A program made the position numbers and the translations under genes. The notes under the pieces were generated by a model. The model was not told the DNA's origin. It saw only the letters and a list, made by a program, of their open reading frames with translations, and did no database searches. From Takakia lepidozioides (Eukaryota; Plantae; Bryophyta): 64,000 nt of DNA. Location of the stretch: the NCBI GenBank assembly GCA_030704615.1, contig CM060732.1:22568001-22632000 (forward strand), read 5' to 3'. Positions within the stretch are counted from its first letter, which is position 1; every line of letters starts with the position of its first letter. Positions 24,376 through 36,284 of this stretch are shown here, one piece after another.

Positions 24376-24608
24376 TGAAAGTACTATGCGGAATAGACGC
24401 GACTTCGTAACGGAAAACTAAACCTAGACTATTGATAACCTTATATACTAGCAGACCAATTTCCTCACCCTCTATTGGTATAGTACCCAAAGCAAACTGT
24501 CTCCCGCAGTCTCAGGAAAAAAAAGAAGACCTTCCGCGTGTGGAAGGGTTCCCCAATTTGCGGGACAAGGAGCGGGAAAGAAAAATTTCCCAGTTTTTCA
24601 CGTTGGGG

Positions 24609-24742
24609 AAGGGTTGTTCCCACGGCCCTTCCTGAATTTGAGAGCACCTGCAACGAGGGCGGATTTTCGAGCACCCGGAACTCAGGCTCCGCCCTCGTTG
24701 CAGGTGCTCTCAAATTCAGGAAGGGCCTTGGGAACGACCCTT
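24609..24742. repeat. 55-bp-arm near-perfect inverted repeat with a 24-nt loop
   Basis: Arms 24609-24663 and 24688-24742 with only 2 mismatches. Confidence 0.9.
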
Positions 24743-24977
24743 TCCTAATACATAAAGAGTTGTAGCCGTGGCCGCACCATTTATTGCTGCCTCCTGCCTC
24801 CCTCATAAGTAACAAGCGACCATGCATCCATTGTTTTCTCTTGGGACCTGAAGTGACCTCCTGGAAGAAACTACTGTCGGTACAAAATAATCATTTGCAG
24901 GAGACTTCCCGTGATATCGATTCGATTCCCTCTGGTTATTGGTTTATTGAACTGTTCAAGGCAATGAAGAGAATCTA

Positions 24978-26463
24978 CCACACTGACCTAGCTTATTAGG
25001 CACTTCCGTGCCTAATAATTAAACAAATTGGAATATTATTAGGCAGATTTGTTTTTATTATTCAGAGGCCTCACCTAGGTAATTTCCAAACATTAGGCAT
25101 GTATTCCAGTCTGACCCTGGATAATAATGAACAATTATTTCTTACCTCCCTCAAAAACTATTGTTGAGGTAATTTTCTTGTAAAGAAACATAATGGTTTT
25201 GAAAATAGATATTACCTCAACAATTGTTTTTTACCTCCCTCAAAAACTATTATTGAGGTAATTTTCTTGTAATTTTCTTTTGAAGAAAATAATTATGTTT
25301 GATATGTGATTGAGAGCATGAGCCGATGTCTTGCAAACATGCAGATCGAGGATGATGATGTTCCTGACCTTAACATTCTCTCGGATTCAGAAGATTCACA
25401 TGAGATGATGTAGTTGCCTAGGTATACTGTGGTTTCTACTAATTAATAAATTTATGTTTGCTGTTTTTTTTTGGGGGCCCTAACTCTCCAGAGCCCACTA
25501 CTTACTAATTTAGTAAGTAGTAAGTAGTAGGTAGTAAGAGGTGGCGACCTCCCTTAGAGCATCCCCACCCTTGAGCCCGAAAAACTCCTTGTAACACAAA
25601 AGATAGTGTCATCGATTCAGTGCCTGCTGCTGGGTTCTGTGGGGCAGCTGCCCGACTCACGCACACCCTTGTACCGGAATCGCCCACGCCATCCCTGCGC
25701 ACCTCGCCTCCCATTGGCCGGAAGGGGCGAGATCTCTGCCAAGATGCTGACAGCACGCGGTTGGTCAGGTTGACTTGGATTCAGGGACGTTTTTTGTGTG
25801 CACTCGGGTTCAGTGCACGGAACGATATTCAGTGCGAGCTTTTCATGGGATATATGGTTCAGTGCATGGGTGGGGGACTTTTCCCGCCCACCATACCCTC
25901 ATGTTCCGTTGCCGTGCTGGGTTTAGTGTAGGGTGGGGATGCTCTTATATACCCTATGGACTCTTTTAGAAGCCCTCTAGCCCTGGACCCTTCTAGAAGT
26001 CCCTGGACACATGTCCCTATCTAAATTTGGCCAATTTAATACATCTCGCGTTCCTCCCTTCTTTTTTTAGACCGCTTGATCTCATTCCTTAATACACATT
26101 GCCTTACTACATAAGCCCCCTACCCTAATTCCTTGGCCACAATAATTTTTGGATCACTCTAGAATGAACAGGCCCGAATGGAAGTGCTCTTCATATCTTG
26201 CATGAATGCGGGGCCTTTTGAAGTTGTGTGGACATTAAATTATAAATTGCAGGCATTTTTCCATTTTTTTGGACTTTAAATAATACAATTTAGACATTGT
26301 TTTCACATATTTAGATATTTTGGTGTTTTTCACAATTTTCGAGCAATTAGGCACTTCTCAGGAATTTTTTCCAATTTTTAGGCACATTTTCTAAAACATT
26401 TCTAAATTTAATTAGGCATTTGATTTTGAATTAGTTATTGCCTAATAAGCTAGGTCAGTATGG
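24978..26463. mobile_element. MITE family A, second copy, carrying a ~780-bp unclassified insertion (~25418-26197)
   Basis: TA|CCACACTGACCTAGCTTATTAGGCA ... TGCCTAATAAGCTAGGTCAGTATGG|TA. Interior is collinear with 15778-16943 except for an insert flanked by TTGC. Confidence 0.8.
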
Positions 26464-26485
26464 TAGTCAACTGTCCTAACAATTT

Positions 26486-29400
26486 TATTATTATTATTAT
26501 TATTATTATTCCCCAGGAACAGGGACGGAGCCCTGAGAACTTTATTAAATGATTATTTAAGGGGGAAAAAATTAAAACCCTTTAAATGCCCTCAGGTTGG
26601 CATAAGGCATAACACACGGAGGACCGTGCAGGATAGGTCCAAGACCATAACCAAGAGTGGACTCTCGAATGAACTGTATTTTGAACCCACAGGGACTCGA
26701 TGCCATTTCTAATACCTAGAAGACCTTGGTAAGAACCGCCAGAAACCATTATCTGTAACGGAGGTAGGTCTGGATCTACGATAGTGGACAAAACTAAGAA
26801 CAGGGAAGCAGAAGGATGGTGAGGGTACATGGAGGAGGCTGGGAGAGCAGGAGAAAAGCAAGGCGAATCTGATGAGACTGAAGATAGGAAGCACTTGCTA
26901 ATTGCCTGCCCTGGAGAGAACCACGAGTCTATTTGTGGAAATGAAGACGAGTTGCTGAACCTGCTCTAATATGCCTCCAATTAATCTCTGTTCTGTCAAA
27001 TTCTGGGGAGGCTGAGAAGTAACCCCTACTTCCTTGCCAGCAGGAGGGGATTGAATCTGCCCAAAGACAGATGAGGCCAACAACTTTGCAAATGAGTCCG
27101 TGCCCCAGGTTGCTCCAAAGGCATGGATGAGAGAGGGCTATCGTTGTGTCTTCCTTTTGACCGTTGCACATAGCACTGCCCAAGCTTTTTTAGCAGCACA
27201 ATGAGATCAAAGAACACCATAGAAAGAATAATTGAGCTGATGTGTTCTCATTGTCTAGAGCCCATGCACATCGTCCTTTCCAAAGGTTCCAGAGGACCGA
27301 GCTACGAAGAGCATCAAAAACAAGGCAGTGGGAGGCAATTGTTTTTTGTGTCGGACTGTAGTTGAGAAGGATAGCTACTGGATCAGCAGGCATGTGGTCC
27401 CAAGCCCTGTAGAAGGATCGTACCAATGGCCAGATCTTTGATGGGGCCAGGCAGTGTAGCAGACGAAGTTCCAAAGTTTCTAACAATTGGTTGTTGCAAC
27501 ATCTACAGAGCAGAGCCTCTGGGAAGTTCAAATAGTGGCCCACTTTAAGAACCCTATTAGGTACCTGCCATAAGAAAGCACTTAATTTTGCCGGTTTCGA
27601 CTTGCTCCAGACTACTGACCATATACCTTTCCAGTTCTCTTGATCAAAGTTCATATGGCTCCATTTCCGATCCCATTTGGAGTTTAGAGGCCTAGCAGCC
27701 AACATAGCTCTGTATCCCTTCTTTGCAGTATATGAAAAGAAGGGCTTCAGCTCCTCCTCAAAAGACCAAGACCATTCCGCCGGGTCCAACTGGAGGGAGG
27801 CTATATCCGAATTCCCCAGCAGGATAAAAGCCTGTGTTTTGAGCCAAGCATGAATGGAGGTCCCCATGGGTGCCTTGGGGTTGAAGGATTTACCCGGGTC
27901 CGACCATTGACAGATCCGGACTGGTGCAATACTTGCTGAAGTACGAGGTGGTAAGGATATTGGGCTAGCTGAGATGAGCAAGAGGCACCCAGTTGTGTCA
28001 TCAGCCTGGAATGAGAACCCTGAAATGGTGGAGATTGTGACCTCTGAAATATAGAGAACATGGTTGGGAATGGAAGAGTCGGGCATAATCCACTGATGAG
28101 GACTAGGGAGTCCAGGGCCGTCTTTAAGAATCTGCTTCCAGGAATCAGGTATTGACTGAATTATGTGGTTTATGCCCCAACGAAGGCGGAGGGTTCCCAA
28201 AGCTTGCTGAAGGGATTGCGGAGTACTATACCATAGATCTAATCGAGGAAAACCCTTTGACTCCCACACCGTCCAATGCTTTGCTGCCCGATGTTCATCC
28301 CTATCCGGGTTTGGAAGATTTAGAAAGAGGCGTTGTCTTTGAGTTTCTTGAAAGGTGGTTGGCTGCAGTTTTCTGAGAAAGGGTCTGAGGCTGCTCCATG
28401 ATCTCCAGATGGAGGACCATAGGGGGGAGCCTGTGGATTTGTGACCAGAGGACTGAGGTCAAGGGCGAGGAGGAGCAGATGGATGGGTGACCATGAATTT
28501 CCACCAGCCTCCCTCTGGTCCTAGGTATCTTGGGAGCCACTTTCCTAAAAGCGCTTTGATTTGAGTCTCTGGGTCAAGGACACCTAAGCCACCCATCTTT
28601 TTGGGAAGGCAAATCTGTTCCCATGAGACCTGTGGCTTTTTGTTCTGGGTAGTGGAGGCAGCCCCCCAGATGAAGTTCTTGATCAACCTTTTAACCTCCT
28701 TAATTATTTTGTTGTCAGGCCCCCAGATAGACGCAAAATACCAGATGCCCGCTAGGATGATTTGATTGGCAACCAGGGCTCTTTCAGCGATGGAAAGATG
28801 GCACGAGCCCCAGTAAGAAAGCTGGTGCTTGAGTCTTTTCACCGTGGCTTGCATTCTCTGGTCATCTGTCAAGTTGATACCAAAAGTGTGACCCAGTAAT
28901 GTAGTGGGTTCACCTTCCTTGAGCCAAGTTAAACCCAGGTGGGCGCCCTAGGTCGGATTGCTTCCTATAATAGACTTGGAGAGGTCACCTAAAAGAAGGG
29001 CTTTAGTCTTGCTCCAATTCACTTTGAACCCTGAAACACTACAAAAGTTGGACAGGGTATCTGCCGCTGCTTCCAGGGATGATTGATTAGCCTCTAGAAG
29101 AAGGAAGGTGTCATCAACGAATATGGAGTCCTTAACCTGACGCCAAATGCCAGTTCTGTGATTCTGCAGCTTAAGTGGGCATCCTTGTCTTACTGACATT
29201 TGGAGCTGGAAGGGCTTGGAAAGGTGACCGTTAATTGAGACCCTGCTGGTGGATCCTTGCAACAGGATTTGCACCCATTGACAGAAGCTGGGGGGAGGAC
29301 CTGACTTCTTTAGAACTGCCATGAGAAAGGCCTAGTCTACTCTGTCAAAGGCTTTTTTGAAGTCTATTAACCAGAGAGCCAATGCCTGGCCAAAGCTGGC

Positions 29401-29549
29401 TGCATAAGCCGAAGCCTCCTGGGCGAGAAGAACATTGTCCAGAATGAACCTTTAACATAGCCAGCATGTCACATCCTGATCATGGAGGGGAGCAGGGGCT
29501 GAAGCCTCAGAGCTAGAGTCTTGGCTATAATCTTGTATACAACGCCTAG
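26486..29549 (-). mobile_element. L1/Tx1-type LINE, 5'-truncated and degenerate
   Basis: LGVVYKIIAK, IDFKKAFDRVD, SVRQGCPL, FVDDT, KVNWSKT, KMGGLGV and a zf-RVT-like AFLWQ...CRCC...HC. 3' end has AATAAA, a short hairpin and an (AAT)n tail at 26510-26486. Confidence 0.9.
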
Positions 29550-30245
29550 TTGCAAATTTGGACGTGGCGTGGCGTGGCGTTGACGTGTCAGCGTCACGTC
29601 CGACGTCAGCGACGGACGTGCGTCACGTCACATCCTAAACGGACGTTACTGTACATAAATATGTTTATTTTTTACTTACTATTGACTATTTACTATGAGA
29701 ACCGACGTGGCAACCGATGTGGCCTCATTATGTGGACTTCATTATTTATCTGTAAAATTCATATATTGTCAATCATGCAACCGCCAACAAAGGTTGGTCG
29801 GGCAAATTTAAAAATATATATATATGTGCGACCACCAGAAGGGGGTGGTCGCACATTTTTTCTTATTTTTTAAATGGGTACGACCACCAGCAGGTGGTGG
29901 TCGCAGCATGTTCATTTTTTTTAATAGGTGTGACCACAAACAAAGGGTGGTCGCACATTTTTTTTTAAAAAAAAAATTGGGTGCGACCACCAGCAGGTGG
30001 TGGTCGCAACATTTTCATTTTTTTAAAATAGGTGCGGCCACCAGCAGGGGATGGTTGCACATTTTTAATTATTTCTTAAATGGGTGCGACAACCAGCCGG
30101 TGGTGGTCGCAGACTTTTTCTTTTTTGTTATTAGGTGCGACCGCTTATGGGTCACACATTTTCGTTTTGTTTTTAAAAATGTGCGACCACCAGCAGGGGG
30201 CGGGTCGCAGCAATTTGTTTTGTTTTGTTATTAGTTGCGACCGCT
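29550..30245. repeat. ACGT-dense patch (29560-29650) plus ~8 tandem ~51-bp units, each with the hairpin GTGCGACCACC-N7-GGTGGTCGCAC
   Basis: Units near 29826, 29878, 29928, 29980, 30032, 30083, 30134 and 30181, separated by A/T-rich linkers. Probably a transposon subterminal array. Confidence 0.8.
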
Positions 30246-31185
30246 ATCTGGACACGTGACGAGGCGTGAATGGGCAGCAGAGGCGGTCGCGTGCCGCTCA
30301 AGACAGGCCTCTCCGGGCAGTATATAAGGGCCTACCCCTCATTCCCAACCCACTTTTTTCCCTATCTGTGAGTGCGGGTCTGGGGCTTCTTGGAGTTTCA
30401 ACTTCGGTGGCCAGGATTGAGCCGGGGGGAGGGGGGAGTGGATTTGTGTGGGGGAGGGGGACCCTTCCAAAAGCGGAAGGTACTTCCCGCAAATCGGGGG
30501 AACCTTGCAGCCAGGGAGGCTCCTTGAATTACAAAGAAAAAAATTTGCCAGTGTTTTACGTTTAGGTAGGCTACATACAACGGTACGTAATGGACCACAG
30601 TGTACGCAGCACATCGTGGAAGTGGGGGGAGGAACGTAAGTGAAACCGGCCAGTGTGCAAAAACATAATGTGGCAGCACCCATCAACGCTTTTGCACTTG
30701 AATGCAGCGGCACCGTGGCGCGATTGGTACTTTCTTTCTTTGAATCCGCTGGAAACAGGAGAGAATCTGCCCCCAAAATCCTGGACTTTTTTTTAAGGCT
30801 TTTCTGTCGTGTAAATCATGTCTACATCAGGCGGAGCTTCAACTGTGGTCAGTGAGTTTCGAGTTGTAGAGCTGTGTTGCCTCGCACTGCGGGCTCACTG
30901 CACACCTTGGATCCCCTTTGATCAGCGCTGGGTCACATGGGGCCTGTCTCACTCTCACCCCATTGTTGTTGTTCTTCTTCTTAGGGACTTGGTAAACCCA
31001 AAGTCTGGCAGGGCAAAACGCAGATAGGCCTTGTACGCACACTGCGGGTTCCGCAACTGTATGTCTTCCATTGCAGGACAGCTTGCGAACGGTACTGCCC
31101 GTGATAGTTAAGCATCAAGTCACATCACGCATACTTCAAAACTAAAACAGAGCCAATCTGTTTGACGATTAGCTTCGACCGTCCT

Positions 31186-34100
31186 ATGGCTCTACATTCT
31201 TCCCCCCATGTTCTCATGCTGCCGTCTCCTGCCGCTGGACACTCTATTCCCATCCTAGAGACTGCTAAGCGGTTATTTGCGAACGGAATCACCATTACCT
31301 ACGTGTGCACGGACCAGCATATTACAGAACTACAGCAAAGCACGGTTGGGCAGGAGTTGAGCTTCCTGGGCTTGCGGTTTGTGAAGCTTGGGGGCGGGAC
31401 GTCGATATCAACGAGAGATTTCATGGAAGCATATCTACGATCGGAAATGGAAGGAAAACTGTGTGGACTGTTGGAGGCAGTAATAGTAGATCTGTTGACA
31501 TCTGGTCACGTTGATGCTCCTTGCTGCATTCTCTCGGACTTCTTTCCATCCTGGGCTCAGGACGTGGCCTACAAGTTTCGCATTCCAAGGCATATCCTAT
31601 TTACCTGTGCAGCGCTGACTCTAGTCGTCGGCTTCCAGGTAATTTTCCAACCAATTGAAGGAAACCGAGAACACGAGCAGTCATTCCAACATTCTGATTT
31701 ACCTTGAATGACCGTTCTGCGTTGTTTGATCAACCCACAAGGACCTCCAATGCAAACTTATCGCAACGCTCTAGTTTCCACTAACATATCGAAATTTGCG
31801 CAGACAGATCTAGGCTTATTGCAGAGGGTTGTATTCCTGTGACCCCTGTGAACCAATCCAAGCTCATAACATCCATTCCAGGAGTCCCAGCGCTGAAACC
31901 GTTAGACCTTCCACCCATTATGAGAAATGCCGATAAGCACAAGGAGTTTCTCAGGAATCTGAAGCGCGTTGACGAGGCATCAGTGGTTCTGGTCAACTCT
32001 GTTGAGGAGCTGGAAGGGACAGTCTTGGATGCCCTGACAACCCAGGTTATCGGCAGAGAGGAAGTGAAGGTCTGTATTTAATTTGCAATCCAGCCTTCTG
32101 TCTTTGGCCACCATTCCATGCACTTAACTTACTACCAAGATGCTTTCTTCAGACACAGGCTATCTTGGCGGTTGGTCCATTGCAGCCAACGTCCGAAGTT
32201 TTGAATCCTGAGGCACCCAATCATATCATACAAAAAGCAGCGGACGAGCAAGATCCATGCGTGCAATGGCTGAACACGCAAGCCCCTTCTTCAGTTCTTT
32301 TCATTTCTTATGGAAGCATGGCCACCATTTCAGAACCACAAATCCTGGAGCTGGCACAGGGACTGGAAGCCAGCCAGCAACCTTTCTTATGGATACTACG
32401 GCCGCCAAAGTCTGCTACTTCATCTCCTTCATTGGTGCCACCTTCCCTCACTGAATTCCTCCCTTCAGGTATAGTCTGCTAGTGGAATTCAACATAGGAA
32501 TGTTTTGCTATGTGAAATCTCAGTTTCAGAGACATAACATGGTGCTGTAAATATATCATCTAGATTTGTGTCAGAAGAACAGATCACTTCATACTTCGTA
32601 TTAAAGTGGCAGAATCAAAAACTCGACTAATGCTGCTAATGGATTACAATCCTGAACAAATGTATCTAGGCAGGTGATGGATGGATTCCCTAGTACAAAA
32701 ACGCTTTGAAAGACTTGCTACCTCATCTGAAGAGGGAGGGGCAACTTAGGTCCAAGATTAGAAACTCTTCACAGTAAAAAGGTCAAGCAAACCTTCAGGA
32801 GTGTTGATTGCAAGTAGTTAAGTCATGTAAGTTACAATCTCCTCTAGACATCCAATGGATACCCCAGTGGTGGTTAGGGCAGAACATCATCTCACTTGTG
32901 AGTTCTAAACCACATTAATGTATTGGATGTCATATCCCATCGAAAGGGAGTAGCTCTTCAGGGTCAAGTGACACCATAAGTTAGCCCCATTAGGCTTGTG
33001 TGGCAAGAGTCCACATTTTATTTACTTATGTTTTGAATTTCCTTTTGTGCTTCATGCATAATAGGCTGGAATGAAGCTCTTGTGCTTACATGTTTCACTG
33101 CATCTCTGAGCAGGTTTTGAGGAACGCACAAAAGAACGTGGGTTGTGTTTCTCTGGATGGGCTCCTCAGGTGCGGATTCTGTCCCATGCAGCCACTGGTG
33201 CTTTCCTGACTCATTGTGGATGGAACTCTGTCCTGGAGGGTCTTAGTGCCGGCATCCCCCTCCTTACCTGGCCAATTGACGTAGAGCAATTTCTAAATGC
33301 CAGGTCAGGACTCTGACATAACCCTTTTGAGTTTCTATTTATTGAGCTTTTGACTACAGTCTTTTGAAGGTAGACTTAGCTGCCACTGTAATGGTTGGAA
33401 GGACAGGGACAGGAGGGTGTTGGAATGCTAGAGCCAAGTCACAAGGTACAGATAGAAGCTATTTCAGCAGGTGTTACTCCATTTTAGTGTGCAGCTCCCT
33501 ATACCATCCTGAAGTCGTCCCTGTCCCAGCATACTGTAATCAGTAACTCTTCCCAATCCATTTAAGTGGAAGGGGAGGGTATTGGCGAGTGTGCATTGTT
33601 AGTCTTTATATTGTGCATTGCTATTGCGATCGGACTCTAATGAGTCGAGTGGTCAGAGGTCGAAGCTTTGTCAAGAGTCTCTAATTAGTTATAGACCCAT
33701 CATGCCTGTGTTGCAGAGTAGTACTGGATCGGAAGGTGGCTATAGATTGTACTCATAAGACGTTTGCCGTAGCCTTGTGGCCATTGACCCCGCGCCCAGT
33801 TTGAGCGGGAACGAAAGGGACAGAACCTACCTCTGTCAGGGGCTGACTTTGGTAGTAAGACTTACCTCCATATATAGAATTAATCCGGGTTTTCCAGATA
33901 TCCTCTAGAAATCCCTTCACACAAGCATCAATCTGCTGTGTGTGATTTGCCCAAAAACTAGGCCTCAGGAGGGCCTGGGCTTTTGGCTCAGCCTCGAGAC
34001 TTTCAAAGTTGGTAAACAGGGGTACAGGCACAATACCCTTAATAGATTTGAAGAGAGCGTCTCTTTGGTGAGAGAACCCCGGACAGTGTATCAGAAAATG

Positions 34101-35038
34101 AATACTGTCTTCAGATTGCCCACACAACGGGCAATTGCACTCTCCCTTTCCTCTCTGCTTCTGTTTGCTGTTCAAAGGTAGGCTTCCTGCCCTGAGTTTA
34201 AATTTCAGTCTAGTGCCGAGAGTGGGTAGACCCTTGAGGTCATCCAAGATGTCCTCCCCCATGTCACAGACTGGAAACAAGTTCAGGGAAGTTTTCTGCC
34301 TAACTTCATTTTCATCAGACAATCTCATGGCAACAGACATGGCTGAGGACACTACAGCCTCTAAGTCAGATTTATCCAGCAGGGTCAAGACTTGCGGATC
34401 CAGGTCCAGGTCCTTGAGGATCTCTTCTACTCTCTTCTGCCAGGACTTAGCCTGTTTGACAGGGCGGTCCTGTTTCCAAGATATAGAGTCGATTAACTTA
34501 GGATATCTGGTGTTGGGCATATGTTGCAGCTGACCCCACCATCTGACCTTGAATTCATCTCGTCGGGAGCTTAAGGACGGAATGCCAAACTCACCCCGAA
34601 CAGCCACATTGGCTGTTTTGGAGCATGCTGACATACACTCCTTAAGCACCCCCACTTGAATGGATTCTAGAGACTTAGCCTGGTTGGAGTTATCAACCCA
34701 TATAGCAGATCCGTACTCCAAGGCAGGTCTAATAACGCGACAAAGCATGGTTTTCTTAACCTCAGAGTTGACCCCTCTAGGTGGCTATAGAGATGCGAAA
34801 GAGACCAGATGGACTGGTGGACAATACGGAAGTTGAGAGGAATGTGAGGCTATTGATGCACGAGGATGAAGGTAAAGCTGTACGACAGAAGGTGATGGAA
34901 CTGAAGATCTGTCTACAAAAGGCTTTGGCAGATGGGGGGTCCTCACAGAGGAATCTGGAAATATATGTCCAGCATCTTAGAACACTGACCCCCCTACATT
35001 TCACTGAAGGTCCGAAGTCACCAAGGAAAACCTTTTAA
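31186..35038 (+). CDS. Family-1 UDP-glycosyltransferase, possibly disrupted. Exons 31186-31638, ~31804-32069, 32153/32159-32468, 33114-33303, and 33717-33746 + 34792-35038
   Basis: [16 protein letters not shown] (catalytic His), [28 protein letters not shown], complete PSPG box [44 protein letters not shown], and GGSS. GT-AG introns. The last exon is split by a LINE, and the best exon-2 acceptors (31803/31807) are out of frame. Confidence 0.88.
33747..34778 (-). mobile_element. 5'-truncated non-LTR retrotransposon (RTE/RTEX-like ORF C-terminus) inside the UGT last exon, 13-bp TSD
   Basis: Uninterrupted 331-aa ORF ([11 protein letters not shown]...LESIQ, CPLC...HFLIHC). TSD AGGTGGCTATAGA at 33734-33746 and 34779-34791. 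Confidence 0.9.
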
Positions 35039-35075
35039 AGAAAACCTCGCCATGTGCAGCTTGAACACGGTCGTA

Positions 35076-35385
35076 TGCAGGTACTCTGTATCATGGTCAA
35101 AATGTGCCTTGTTCAAGGTTCTGCTGCATGTGTCCTTGCTTATGTACAGCAGAAAGGGACATAGCTGATGTGTACAGGTGTCTCAGGGTACTCTTTTCTG
35201 TAGAAATGCTATTGGATGCAGAGAGCATAGTGCAGGTACTCTGTATCATGGTCAAAATGTGCCTTGTTCAAGGTTCTGCTGCATGTGTCCTTGCTTATGT
35301 ACAGCAGAAAGGGACATAGCTGATGTGTACAGGTGTCTCAGGGTACTCTTTTCTGTAGAAATGCTATTGGATGCAGAGAGCATAG
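35076..35385 (+). repeat. 155-bp tandem duplication, apparently perfect
   Basis: 35076-35230 reads identical to 35231-35385. Confidence 0.9.
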
Positions 35386-36284
35386 TTTTCAGCAGACATC
35401 TTGTTCTCATCTCTCCAGAGCAGAAAGCACCTTGTTCCTCCGCACAAGCCCCTTGCATGTATTTGTGGCGGAGCTCTCCTGATACTTCCCCAACATACTC
35501 CAAGTCGTGTAATCCCCCTTGTCTGCCTACATGTCCTATAATTACCATGATGAGGCTCTCGGTAACGCTCTTTGTGCAAGCTCAAAGAGCAGGAAGAAAT
35601 AATAGTTTTTTGTGTGCCTGCAGGCCCAGAGGCGAGAGTTGAAAACTTCAAGATGCATTCATGTGGATGAGCTGCTGTTTGATATCAGCGTCATAGCACT
35701 ACTCGTACGTGAACATCTCTCATTGACATAATGTCGAGAAAGTGAGCTAGTGTGTCAAACTCCCCAGTCTGCAAAACTAGTTTTGCTCCAATTAGGTGTG
35801 CAAGACTCACTTCTGAACTGCAGTTTGGGACATCAAAGCACATAGACTGGTGTAGCAATCATATGACATGGGCATCGCTACTACTTCCCACAGTGACAGT
35901 GGACACTTATGTTCACTGCTCTCCCTCCCTCATTTATCTCGAAACGGAGGTTCTGGTGATGTTCTAGGGGACCTCGAAGTCTTGCACTCTTGTTTCACAC
36001 AGTCCACTTTTGGCGGTGGGAAGTGCTTTGGTTGAGCAGCAGCAACCAACGCGCACCTGGGCGACGGGAGGTCCCTCGTCTCTTTATGGTTGCTTACTTG
36101 ACATAGAAAAATTGCAGACGCAGGAGGTAGCTAGGAGCAGGAGGCAGTGTCAAAGGCTAAGGTGCCGCATTGTCAACTTTGATAGTACCAAATCCAGAGT
36201 GTTAGAGCACCCATCCACATGCTGTGGCGTTCCAATATGGTTAAATACACTAGACTAACTTCAGAGGGCAATGGTAAACACTAA

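Noticed and set aside
25418-26197. Helitron (CTAG at one end)
   Set aside because: No 5' TC, no GC-rich subterminal hairpin and not in an A^T site; left unclassified.
29826-30245. CRISPR-like array of palindromic repeats
   Set aside because: Repeats are degenerate, linkers are low-complexity A/T runs rather than unique spacers, there are no cas genes and the context is eukaryotic.
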